DNA of 64,000 nt, from positions 1,736,001-1,800,000 of the forward strand of contig JBNJNM010000006.1 in assembly GCA_052426225.1 (NCBI GenBank), read 5' to 3'. Under the pieces are notes generated by a model that was not told where the DNA came from, searched no databases, and saw only the letters and a list, made by a program, of their open reading frames with translations. The first letter of the stretch is position 1. Every line of letters starts with the position of its first letter. Below, one piece after another: positions 1 to 10,407 of this stretch. The DNA comes from Zancudomyces culisetae HAW-14-8 (taxonomy: Eukaryota > Fungi > Kickxellomycota). The position numbers were made by a program, and so were the translations under genes.

Positions 1-184
1 CTTAAATCAATATCACGTCAAGATTTACCTATTATTTACAATTTTGAGAATTATATCGCTTGCAACTTTACATAGCATTTACACATATAATTTAAATGTT
101 TTTTTAATAGATGAATAACAATAATATGTATCAGTTTATTATAATTTGAACTTTGGGCGAATGTATAGGATAAATCAACTAGGC

Positions 185-587
185 TGTCATGACCTGACAC
201 TAAGTACTATAATTATAACTTGATACTTGATTTATTAAATAAAATACTATGGAATGAAAGTATTTTATTGCTAAAGTTCTCCTTTGCAATAAAATCTTTT
301 TATTTATATAATTTATCTAAACAGAATTATAAAACGTAAAATAAAACTTAATCAAAATGAATCTAGAGAATGTTCAAACTAAAACATCGTAAATATTTTA
401 ACTGCAATATATTTATGAATTGCAGTTATCGAAACATTCACCATAACGATTAAAATGTTTAATAAATTATTTCAAATAATTACATTTGAGAACGAATTTA
501 ATTAGCGGAGAGAATGTTAAAAAATTTAACATTTACTATTTTTAAGTGAAAATAAAAATAGCAGTTATGACATGTTAAATAATGACA
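185..587 (-). mobile_element. Diverged solo LTR related to the LTR of the element at 11406-16762
   Basis: TGTCA...TGACA termini, 403 bp (element-2 LTR is 409 bp). Shares blocks 'tgtca.gacctgaca', 'tattttattgct.aagttctc..tt..caataaaatct' and the terminal 'atg.catg.taaat.atgaca'. Flanks TAGGC (180-184) and TAAGC (588-592) form a 5-bp TSD with one mismatch. Confidence 0.8.
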
Positions 588-2417
588 TAAGCAACGAGTT
601 GTAAAAACCGAGCATGTATGTTTACTCATATTTAACATATGACGTTTTTTCAAATTAAACAAATTATAAAAAATAAATATACAGTATAACTAAATATTTG
701 TTAGTGTAAAAAACTCCTTTGTATGATTATTGGAAAAAATATTTACTTTTAATGATTAATTTTTTGGAGTACTTATCGTTAATTTATACAATTGTTTCAG
801 ATTATGTTAAAGTTTAGAAAAATATTAGGTTTTTACCTTTAAAATAACTTTAATAAATAAAACTAACCTAAACTATTGTCGTGTTGCGATTTATATTGTA
901 ACTTTATTTAGATATACCTAACTTAACTAACCCTATTAACTATCTATCAAAAACGCACTCCCTTATTTCCTTACTCCTTTTTTAGCCTTTTAATCTTCCT
1001 ATTTCCTTATCTCTGACTCTTTGTAAGTTATCCAATTTACGTTAATATTTATTATCGAGAATTACTACTGTCGGCTACGACACTATTAACCCAGTGTACT
1101 AATCAATATTTAATTTGATTGTTCTAGAAGGTTTTGGATTGTATGGGGTGACATATTAAGTAATAATTGTCCCCAGAAATTGCGTAATATTTAACTCATA
1201 TGTGTAATGTTTTTAAATAGGTAATGGATTAGAAAATTAAATTTAGTACTGACTGTTTAATTGATACCTAATCATAATAATGATTTATTATATAAATTTA
1301 TTTATTAATAAATTAAAGTGTATAATAAGTATGTATATATATAACAGTATACATATAAAAATATGTTAGATATTGACTAATATAATCATAAATAAAGTTT
1401 AAATTCAAAAACATTCGAAATATCATATGAGTCACAGAATATTAACAACTAATTATTGTTCGTATTAGAAATTATGCTAGTTTCTCACCTAAATACCCAA
1501 TGCCCGCTCAAATATGCGTAATTAGTGCCTGAGCGTGCAAAATGGAGCATACGAGGTACACACGTACAGTGGTGTAGATTAAATTATGCTTTTCGGATAC
1601 TATATTTATCTAAATTTTAATAATTTTACATTTATAGTTAGAAATTATTTTTTAGTCTATTATATTTCTTTACATAATTTTCAACATTATGATACGTAAT
1701 CAATATTAATTATACAAGTCAAATACACGTCTAGCTTAATTTCAAAAAAAGTAAAAATTCATTTTACAATCAAACTATAAATGCAACTATAAACTATTAC
1801 TACAAAACAAACAAATAAATCTATTTAAATTATATTTATTTTATCACCTTCAAGTATGATAGATATAATTTTAACTATAACAATTGTATATTAATTATAT
1901 CCAAATAATACTGTAAATGATTTGTAGTAAATAAACTTTTAACATATTACTAATATATTTGAATTCAATCTATGTTGAATATATATATATGAATAATAGC
2001 TTCATTCTTTAATTACTAATTTTGTAATATGTTAGATTTTTCAAATAAACAATTAAAGCTTCTAAGCTATAATACACGTTAGAATATTTTAATCACAGTA
2101 ATTATAAGATATATTATTTCCAAACATAGAATTTTCAATTATTAATATCAACAACTATTTACAATAATTATAAGTTTAAAACATAAATACATTTTAACCA
2201 GAATAAAGTTCTCACAATATACGCAATAATGGCATAGAATAAATGTCAAACTAAACTTGTAGCGTGATCCAATGCTTGAGTATAATTGAATATTTAGTGT
2301 TATACCAAACTCAAACATAAATAATCTGAAAAATAAATTAGATACTAGTATAATCTCTATCTGTTTAATTGCAATGTTTCTATAAATCAAAATGTATAAA
2401 TATACGTGAGATAACGT

Positions 2418-2422
2418 AAAAA
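2418..2422 (-). terminator. Pol III T5 terminator downstream of tRNA-iMet (shared by the Glu-iMet pair)
   Basis: Minus strand reads ...GCT-A-CA-TTTTT. No T-run of 4 or more lies between the two tRNAs. Confidence 0.75.
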
Positions 2423-2424
2423 TG

Positions 2425-2496
2425 TAGCACCACCTAGTTTCGATCTAGGGACCTCAAGGTTATGAGCCTTGCGCGCTTCCTCTGCGCTATGGTGCT
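2425..2496 (-). tRNA. Initiator tRNA-Met (CAT)
   Basis: Reverse complement AGCACCA-TA-GCGCAGAGGAAGCGC-G-CAAGG-CTCATAA-CCTTG-AGGTC-CCTAG-ATCGAAA-CTAGG-TGGTGCT-A. A1:U72 pair and ATCGAAA T-loop are diagnostic of eukaryotic initiators. Confidence 0.95.
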
Positions 2497-2498
2497 AA

Positions 2499-2570
2499 TT
2501 CCGCAACGGGGAATCGAACCCCGGCCACGACGGTGAGAGCGTCGGATCCTAGCCACTAGACCATTGCGGA
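2499..2570 (-). tRNA. tRNA-Glu (CTC)
   Basis: Reverse complement TCCGCAA-TG-GTCTAGTGGCTAGGAT-C-CGACG-CTCTCAC-CGTCG-TGGC-CGGGG-TTCGATT-CCCCG-TTGCGGA-A; complete cloverleaf. Confidence 0.95.
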
Positions 2571-2782
2571 TATATTTTTGATGAATAAAATGTATAGTTA
2601 TATATTTTAATTTGGTTTACTGTTTCGTATTATTTTATAATACTAATAATAAACTTTTACTAGAATAGACTGTTTTTCTAATTGTGAATAAAGATGATTT
2701 TATTTTTTCTTCCAAGTGGGAGCTTCATTTAACCCCCAAATATTTGACTAATTAAACTAAAATAACTAACTAATAAAAAACC

Positions 2783-2816
2783 ATTGGACAAAACCACAAG
2801 GGGAAAAAGGTCCAAT
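2783..2816 (-). other. ENE-like U-rich internal-loop RNA element, copy 1
   Basis: Minus RNA AUUGGAC-C-UUUUU-CC-CCUUGU-GG-UUUU-GUCCAAU; a GGGGGUU/AGCUCCC hairpin and AAUAAA follow downstream. Confidence 0.65.
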
Positions 2817-3600
2817 CTAAACATATAAATATAACTAAAAGCAACTTAAATAAAACCGGGGACTAATTCCCCTTATCCTTCTAATCGTATTTCTATACGA
2901 CATTTTGTCGTCAATTTAAATTATCACAATTTATATTTTTTCCCAATGGGTTTTTAATAAATTGCAATGATGGTTAAATTAAATTCACGTAACATCCTTG
3001 TAAATCTGAGAATCACACTGTCATAGATGAGTCATGGGAATCATCTATATATGATTTACAACATCTTTTCCTATTCAGCAAGGGGAAACCCCCTGTTTCA
3101 ATAATATTATTATAATTCATATTTCACATGTTTAAAACAGTTATAACTTTATAATTAAATATATTATAGTAGTAGTTCGTTAGACCCAAAAAATTATATA
3201 AGGGCAAATAATTTCTATCTAGTTTTCGATATGACTTAAGCAAATAAAAATATAAAACTATAATATTCACACGACAATTTTGTGTCGTAGTATTCAAAAC
3301 CCTGAGAGTTCTGAATACTAGTCTCTTCACGTGACATACCGGTTCGGGTATAATCACTGGATATCGATGCACTGCTACCCCGTAGCGTGATATGCATCAA
3401 GGGAGGCTCAGTTGAGCTATTATCCCTATACAATGTCGGTGAGATAGTACTCACGGACATTGACTCCGGGCTTCTACGGATTCGAAGTTGACGAACACTT
3501 TCCGTCAACTCCCCAAGTGTTCGGGGACTTAACACCCCTGTCTCTTGGTCCATGCTACTGCCCCTAGTGCTGTTTGATGAGGGGGAAGAATCTCTATTAG

Positions 3601-4011
3601 TGTCAAGATCTGGAGTCAGGAGAGTTATATTTATTATTATTAAAGTTTATTGTATGAATGTATACAAGATACTAGATACTGAATCCAAGACAGGAAAATT
3701 GTACCCTTTTTATACTTTTTTCCAGCCTTGGTTTTTGAACAAAATCACATGAAAACTGCGGAATAGCTAAAAATGCAAGTTAAAGTAAAACGTGTTTGAT
3801 TACTAATCAAATTGGATTAGTAATCAAACAAAAATCAAACTCGAATGCTAATAAAATTAAATATGTGAAAATTATTACGTAAGAAAAATTAATAAATAAT
3901 GTGAATTTTCGGTAATGTTCTAGAATGTTCCCCAACATTCTAAACATTACTGCGGAATAAAATCAGATGATTCTAGAACGTTTTTGAACATTCTAGAATC
4001 AGTTCATGACA
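3601..4011 (-). repeat. 3' LTR of element 1
   Basis: Direct repeat identical to 8901-9311 by eye. Confidence 0.97.
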
Positions 4012-4023
4012 CGACCTCCCCTC

Positions 4024-7000
4024 TTAAGGCTGAGCTCCGTGAAGCATTTGTGTTGGCTTTGGTTTTTCAGGATGGTGACGATGGAATTCATTGACAAGAT
4101 ATTTTGCATTTGCTAAGTCAGAATATGTTTGCCAGGTACGTTCAGTGTCTGGGTATCCTTTCCAGTGTACCAGGTATTTGACAGTTCTACCAAATATTTT
4201 ACTATCTAGGATTTTCTCAACTTCATATTCTTCTTGACCATCAATGATCACAGGTGGAAGCGGTTTTGATAGTCTGTCTGGGATCAGATCTGGTTTACAA
4301 GGTTCAAGGAGATTGACGTGGAATACTGGGTGAATCTTCATTGTGTGTGGTAGCTGAAGTTTGTATGATCTTTGTCCAATCTTTTCCAATACTTTGAATG
4401 GACCAAGTTTCCGATAGTCAAGCTTCTTGCTTGGTCTTTGAGTCCTGATGTTTTTAGTTGATAGATAGACAAGATCACCAATGTTGAAGTCAGGTTGTGA
4501 TGATACTTTTCGGTTGTAGTATTTCTCATGGTCTTCAAGGGCAAGGGAGATGTTAAACTTCAGTTCTTGGTGGATATCAGATAGTCGTTTGGATCTATCA
4601 GAGGAGGCAGGATTTAAAACTTGAGTACGAGGGATTATGACTGAGAAGCGTGGATGGAAGCCATAGTTGGCGTAGAAAGGTGTGGTTTTAGTAGAAGCAT
4701 GAGATGTGTTGTTGTAGGCGAATTCAGCAATTGGTAACCACTTTGACCAATCAGTTTGTTGGTAATCAATGTAGCACCTGAGATACTGTTCCAATACTGA
4801 GTTTACGCGTTCAGTTTGTCCATCTGTCTGAGGATGGAATGCGGTGGACATTTTCTGTTCAATATTCAGTGATTTCATTAGAGTACGCATGAATGATGAA
4901 TTGAAGGTCACACCTCTATCAGATACGATGTCTTTAGGGAGCCCATGTTTGCAGAAGACATGTTGGATAAATAGATCTGCAGTACCTTCAGCATCAATTT
5001 CATTGGTTGTGGGAACAAAATGCGCCATCTTGGTAAGGCGATCCACAAATACACAGATTGCAGTAAAGTTATTGGATGGAGGTAGCTGAGTGATGAAGTC
5101 GACAGAAACAGATGACCAAGGTGAATCAGGAACGGGAAGTGGAGCGAGGTAGCCATATGGTTTATGGCGAGAGGATTTGTTGCGTTGACAGGTATCGCAA
5201 CCAGAGATGTAGTCTTTGATATATTTTCTCATGGTTGGCCAGTAAAAGTTGCGAGATACAAGTTCGTATGTCTTTGCATTTCCAAAGTGGCCGGCAGCAG
5301 GGGAATCATGGCATTCAATCAGAATTGTTCTTTTGATGTTGTCGTCTGAGGGGATACAGATTAGTCCATCATAGTGCAGAAGATTGTCAACAAGAGCGAA
5401 CTTTTCATGGGAATCAGGTTTCTTGGATAAGTCAGTGTAAATGGGTCCAAAGTACTTGTCTTTGGGTTGTAGTGACTTGATGTTGTTCATGAGCGTGGAG
5501 GACAAAGGTTCAACAGGTGTACTAGTCATGGACTTCAAGAAGATTTCAGGAGGCAGCAAAGTTATTTTGTTTTGGTCAGTACGGGAGTCACCCCCCTTCC
5601 AAGGTTGGTCTTTCCGAGAAAGAGCATCGGCGGCAGTGTTCTGTTTTCCAGGGCGGTACTTGATGACAAAGTTGAAGTTACTGAGGTATTCTGACCATCT
5701 GACTTGGCGGCGACTAAGATTTCTGGTAGTGGAGAAGTATTCCAAGTTTTTATGGTCGGTCATAACAACGGTTGGGTGTACAGAAAATTCAAGGTAGTGA
5801 CGCCAGTGAGCAAAAGCGTCGATAATTGCTAACAGTTCCTTATCATAGATTTGATAATTCACTTCAGCAGGCAGGAGTTTCCGGGAGTAGTATGCAACAG
5901 GGTGGAGTTGTCCCTCGTTGTCATACTGGCTGCAAATGGCACCTAATGCAAAATCTGATGCATCGGTTTCGATGATACAAGGCTGGTCAGGATTGTAGTG
6001 AGCTAAGACTGGGTTACTGATCATGGTTTCTTTTAGCAAGGCGAAAGCTTCTTCAGCTTTGGGTGTCCACTGGAATTGAACACCTTTTTTCAACAAGGCG
6101 GTGAGTGGCAGAGATATCTTGGAGTAGTTCAGAATAAAACGGCGGTAGAAGTTTGTAAGGCCAAGGAATACCTGAACGTCACGGACACAAGTTGGTGTCT
6201 TCCATTCGGTGACGCTGGATACTTTTGATGGATCCATAGAGATTCCGTTGGGGCCAATTACAAAACCGAGGAACTGTACTGATTGTACATCAAACTCACA
6301 TTTCTCTAGCTTGAGGGTGAGATTGTGTTCCTGAAGCTTCTTCAAGACAAGGCAGACGTGGTCATAGTGCTTATCGATATCATCTGAGTAGATTAACAGA
6401 TCATCGATGTACACAACAAGGAATTGATCAATGTATTCACGGAAGAGATCGTTAACAAAGGACTGGAACGTGGCTGGAGCATTCATAAGGCCAAACGGCA
6501 TGACCTTATACTCGAAGTGGCCGTAGCGTGTACGAAACGCGGTCTTCCATTCTTCACCAGGCGAGATCCTGATCATGTGGTATGCGGATTTCATATCCAG
6601 CTTGGTGAATATCTTGGCTTTGCCAAGCCGATCCAAGGTTTCAGAGATGAGTGGCAAGGCTGCACGGTTGGGGACAGTGATCTTATTCAGGGCTCTATAG
6701 TCGACGCACAACCGGAGACTACCATCTTTCTTTTTTACAAATAGGACGGGAGCCCCAGCCGGGGATTCAGAGCGTTGGATAAAACCATTGGCTAGGTTTT
6801 CCTGAATGTAGTCGTACAGGGTCTTTAGTTCCAATTGGGAAAGGTTGTACAATGGGCCATATGGTATCTTTGAGTCAGGAAGCAAAGGAATGGTATGATC
6901 ATATGGACGATGTTCAGGCAGTTTGGCAGATTGGGATTCAGAGAAGACAGATTCAAACATTTTATACTTTTCAGGGATTACAGGAGTAACAGGGTTTTTA

Positions 7001-7641
7001 AGAGAAGATTCAGAGACAAGACAGAGATTTTCACAAGATTTAGGAGCTACAAGAGATTCAAGATTGTTCACGGTAATTGCACCAGCATAGACAGTGTCTG
7101 GTGCCTTCAGATGTTCTTTAAACTGGTTTGAGCCCACAAGAGAGATGTCTAGGTTGACATGGTTGGGCCCACAAGAAGTCAAGGTACAAGGCAGATGGAC
7201 TATGTTCTCAGTCCAGTTGATGTCAGGATTGTGTTGTTGAAGCCAGGAAAGACCAAGGATGATTGGTGAAGATCCAAGATCTAGTTGTTGCAGATAGATA
7301 CTTTCGAGATGGTTATCATTGATTTTTAGTGTTACTTGGGAGGCAGAGTTGGATCTAAGCTTTGATCCGTCAGCGAGCGTGATTGTCATTTTTCTAGATA
7401 TAGATGGTAGATTGTTTTTTAGAGCAAAGGTGGCGTCAATGAACGAGGACGAAGCACCAGAATCAACCATAGCGTAGGTTTTGATGTGGTGGTGCTTGGA
7501 CAAGATGGTTACAGGAATGGTCAAGGTGTTTGGTTTATCAGGAGATTGGGTGTCAGAAACAGGAGTGGTTACAGTGGCGTGGGGACTGGCTAAGTTGCCC
7601 AATAGGTGTCCCTTACTGTCTACTGGGCGGTGTCGTTTTCC
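4024..7641 (-). CDS. pol: Pol polyprotein of element 1 (protease, RT, RNase H, integrase, chromodomain), entered by -1 frameshift from gag
   Basis: MVDSGAS protease, YIDD RT, RNase H (TDASD...YDKELLA), HHCC zinc finger, DDE core (VDF/SDRG/GQTER), GPF module, chromodomain YEVEKILD...YLVHWKGY...TW. Confidence 0.96.
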   Translation of the reverse strand, partial: GKRHRPVDSKGHLLGNLASPHATVTTPVSDTQSPDKPNTLTIPVTILSKHHHIKTYAMVDSGASSSFIDATFALKNNLPSISRKMTITLADGSKLRSNSASQVTLKINDNHLESIYLQQLDLGSSPIILGLSWLQQHNPDINWTENIVHLPCTLTSCGPNHVNLDISLVGSNQFKEHLKAPDTVYAGAITVNNLESLVAPKSCENLCLVSESSLKNPVTPVIPEKYKMFESVFSESQSAKLPEHRPYDHTIPLLPDSKIPYGPLYNLSQLELKTLYDYIQENLANGFIQRSESPAGAPVLFVKKKDGSLRLCVDYRALNKITVPNRAALPLISETLDRLGKAKIFTKLDMKSAYHMIRISPGEEWKTAFRTRYGHFEYKVMPFGLMNAPATFQSFVNDLFREYIDQFLVVYIDDLLIYSDDIDKHYDHVCLVLKKLQEHNLTLKLEKCEFDVQSVQFLGFVIGPNGISMDPSKVSSVTEWKTPTCVRDVQVFLGLTNFYRRFILNYSKISLPLTALLKKGVQFQWTPKAEEAFALLKETMISNPVLAHYNPDQPCIIETDASDFALGAICSQYDNEGQLHPVAYYSRKLLPAEVNYQIYDKELLAIIDAFAHWRHYLEFSVHPTVVMTDHKNLEYFSTTRNLSRRQVRWSEYLSNFNFVIKYRPGKQNTAADALSRKDQPWKGGDSRTDQNKITLLPPEIFLKSMTSTPVEPLSSTLMNNIKSLQPKDKYFGPIYTDLSKKPDSHEKFALVDNLLHYDGLICIPSDDNIKRTILIECHDSPAAGHFGNAKTYELVSRNFYWPTMRKYIKDYISGCDTCQRNKSSRHKPYGYLAPLPVPDSPWSSVSVDFITQLPPSNNFTAICVFVDRLTKMAHFVPTTNEIDAEGTADLFIQHVFCKHGLPKDIVSDRGVTFNSSFMRTLMKSLNIEQKMSTAFHPQTDGQTERVNSVLEQYLRCYIDYQQTDWSKWLPIAEFAYNNTSHASTKTTPFYANYGFHPRFSVIIPRTQVLNPASSDRSKRLSDIHQELKFNISLALEDHEKYYNRKVSSQPDFNIGDLVYLSTKNIRTQRPSKKLDYRKLGPFKVLEKIGQRSYKLQLPHTMKIHPVFHVNLLEPCKPDLIPDRLSKPLPPVIIDGQEEYEVEKILDSKIFGRTVKYLVHWKGYPDTERTWQTYSDLANAKYLVNEFHRHHPEKPKPTQMLHGAQP

Positions 7642-8840
7642 TGTGTAGGTGTAATGCTGGAGATGTTGTGGCGTTTCTTTGGACAGTTGATGTTGAAATG
7701 GTCATTACCGCCACAATAGAGACAGAGGTTGTTTTCGATACGGTATGCTCTTTGAGCAGGAGTAAGTGGTGGTCTTCTAGTCGATGAAGCGGTACTGAGA
7801 TCCATTGGTTGAGGTCCATCACTATTAGCTGGTGGAGTGGTAGATGGTGCAGAAACAGGTGAAGCAAACGGGTTGTAAGCAGTAGGTTTGGGTGGCATAG
7901 TTGCAGTGGGGTTAACTGGAGGTTGACGACGTTGTGGATGGCTGAAGAGGCGGTTGTCGATCTGGATGGCTGTGGAGATCAGGGTATCGATGTCTTCTAT
8001 TGGTTCTCTACGGTTGAGTTCTTGGGATACGTTGTACTTGAGACCGGATAGAAACTGTGAGATAAGTGGTGGTTGGTTCCAGTCAATTAACATCTGTAGG
8101 CGTCTAAACTCGGTGGCATATGCGGCAACGGAAGTGGTTTGTCTGAGTTGGCGGATTGCCCTATCAGCATTCTCAATAGGGTTGGGATCACCAAAGGCAC
8201 GAGTGATAGTTTCTTTAAACAGATTGTAGTTGGAGAGGATGGCAGGACGGTCAGATTCTGGAAGGTTTGCTTTCATGAGATAAGGTTCCATGTAACTGAA
8301 TGGTGTGCCTGAGAGGTAGGAGATGGCATACAAGACTTTACTTGAGTCAGTGTTGAATTTGTCGGGTGAAGCGGCAAAGACGAGAGCAAGCTGTGAAAAG
8401 AAGTTGGAACAGGCGGAGGGTTTTCCGGAAAATGTGTCTGGGTGTCTGACTTTGATACTAGGTTCAGAAGTACTAGCAGGTTTGGTGGCACGGTTTTCAG
8501 TTATATAAAGTATGACTTCGTTCCTGAGGGTACTGAGCTGGTCCTGAAGGGATTGGATTTCCAACTGGTTGGCCTGTATGGCGCTTTGGGTCAGCTGGTC
8601 TGAATTCTGGATATCGGACTGGAGGTTTTTCATGGAGTCAAGAATGGTCTGGATGGACTTGGTGGTGTCTGCTTTGACCTTGTCATAAATTTTCTTGGAT
8701 ACTGTGGCAGGGTGTTCCTTGATGGCAGACTCGGCTTTTTCTACTCTTATTAGTAGTTGCTGGAGGGCGTCTTCAACTGCTGGCAGGGTCACGGCGGCTT
8801 TGTTGAGGAATTCAACTTGTTCTGGGCTAAACGGTTCCAT
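7620..8840 (-). CDS. gag: Gag of element 1 (N-terminal coiled coil, capsid, CCHC zinc knuckle)
   Basis: 406 aa; PDTFSG...FFSQL capsid motif, LRQTTSVAAYATEF, CLYCGGNDHFNINC knuckle. Confidence 0.94.
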   Translation of the reverse strand: MEPFSPEQVEFLNKAAVTLPAVEDALQQLLIRVEKAESAIKEHPATVSKKIYDKVKADTTKSIQTILDSMKNLQSDIQNSDQLTQSAIQANQLEIQSLQDQLSTLRNEVILYITENRATKPASTSEPSIKVRHPDTFSGKPSACSNFFSQLALVFAASPDKFNTDSSKVLYAISYLSGTPFSYMEPYLMKANLPESDRPAILSNYNLFKETITRAFGDPNPIENADRAIRQLRQTTSVAAYATEFRRLQMLIDWNQPPLISQFLSGLKYNVSQELNRREPIEDIDTLISTAIQIDNRLFSHPQRRQPPVNPTATMPPKPTAYNPFASPVSAPSTTPPANSDGPQPMDLSTASSTRRPPLTPAQRAYRIENNLCLYCGGNDHFNINCPKKRHNISSITPTQENDTAQ

Positions 8841-8900
8841 AGTTAAAATACTTAGGCTGGTGTCAGAAAATAATAAATATAATATTTTGATCTAGTATAG

Positions 8901-9311
8901 TGTCAAGATCTGGAGTCAGGAGAGTTATATTTATTATTATTAAAGTTTATTGTATGAATGTATACAAGATACTAGATACTGAATCCAAGACAGGAAAATT
9001 GTACCCTTTTTATACTTTTTTCCAGCCTTGGTTTTTGAACAAAATCACATGAAAACTGCGGAATAGCTAAAAATGCAAGTTAAAGTAAAACGTGTTTGAT
9101 TACTAATCAAATTGGATTAGTAATCAAACAAAAATCAAACTCGAATGCTAATAAAATTAAATATGTGAAAATTATTACGTAAGAAAAATTAATAAATAAT
9201 GTGAATTTTCGGTAATGTTCTAGAATGTTCCCCAACATTCTAAACATTACTGCGGAATAAAATCAGATGATTCTAGAACGTTTTTGAACATTCTAGAATC
9301 AGTTCATGACA
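8901..9311 (-). repeat. 5' LTR of element 1
   Basis: Identical to 3601-4011; contains sense TATAAAAA (9014-9007) and HSE arrays. Confidence 0.97.
9271..9298. promoter_or_regulatory. Extended heat-shock element in U3 of element 1 (also 3971-3998; a second 3-unit HSE at 9218-9230 and 3918-3930)
   Basis: TTC-ta-GAA-cg-TTt-tt-GAA-ca-TTC-ta-GAA: six alternating nGAAn units at 5-bp phase, one imperfect. Confidence 0.7.
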
Positions 9312-10407
9312 CCTAGATTCATTCGCACCTGTACCGAAAAGATAGTTGATCATTATTTTTACTTTTATTTGTGCTGCTGTTTACAAATCTTTATTTAGAT
9401 AATCTTTATTACTAATCCGTATGGTAGGACATGAATGATGGTTTCTTTTCCACCATGTATCCTTTAAATATAAACTATAAAATCATTTTGTTCTCCAAAT
9501 AGACTATAAACATGATAAGATATAACTAATAAAATAATATTTAGGTTTGATAATATTGATGTAGTATGAACATGTATTTGAACATTTCCCATACTACATT
9601 CATCATTATTGAATGGACGCAGTATGAAGAATTAATTTCATGCTGAGTCCATTAATTTTCATTTTCTTAATTTTTTTTAAATTATGTCCAAATTTTAATT
9701 CAACTATGTAAAATAAGGAAATGTATAACCATGCATTAATACTGGTTGAATAGTTTTACTCATTCGACATTTGTTATATTTTATTATTAAATATAAGTAT
9801 TTACTATAATTGTTCTATAATATTTTTTCAAGTTATTTTTATTAACTATAATAAGGTAATTATATCTTTAACTAATTATTTTCTGTATGTTTTTCTTTAT
9901 TTTGTCAAATATTTCATTTTTTTATACATTTTTTCTTTCTAAGTAAAAATTATTTTAAACTAAGATACTGAAACTAAACTTCTTTAATACTAAAACAATA
10001 AATTACTATTAAAAATTATATGACTAAACAAACGTTTGTATTGCGACACTATGAGTCATCAGAAAAAACTAGATGACGTTATTTTCATCGATAGTGAAAA
10101 AAAACTGATCCTCATTAGTTATCGCAAACTAATAATTTGTTCGTTTGCATGATGACTAATTAATTTGTCATCATGCTCTCCTGCCCACTATATGACAATT
10201 TTGTTAAAATAAGATTATTGTAATATATTGTTCTCTACTTATTTATTATCACTATACTATATTTGTTTTAACAATATAATCTGTATACTTAATATTATTC
10301 TGATAGTTTGAGAAAACAATTGTTTTTATTTTTCTTGTTGTGGGAGGTCCTTTTGACCCCTAAAATTGTTCATACTAGTCTGAAATAAATTATACCTATA
10401 AAATAAC

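Larger units (their letters stand above)
3601..9311 (-). mobile_element. Full-length Ty3/Gypsy chromovirus (element 1), apparently intact
   Basis: Identical 411-bp LTRs 3601-4011 and 8901-9311 (TGTCA...TGACA); gag and pol ORFs; polypurine tract AGAGGGGAGG (4024-4015) next to the 3' LTR. Confidence 0.97.
3236..9353 (-). pseudogene. Ser/Thr-rich ORF (about 133 aa) apparently split by element 1 (pieces 9353-9312 and 3595-3236)
   Basis: Right flank reads AAAATA-ATG-INYLFGTGANESR; left flank continues RDSSPSSNSTRGSSMDQETGVLSPR... The two join in frame when the element and one 5-bp target copy are removed. No recognisable family. Confidence 0.45.

Noticed and set aside
877-1153. Possible second solo LTR (TGTC...TGACA)
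   Set aside because: No matching TSD and no clear alignment to the other LTRs.
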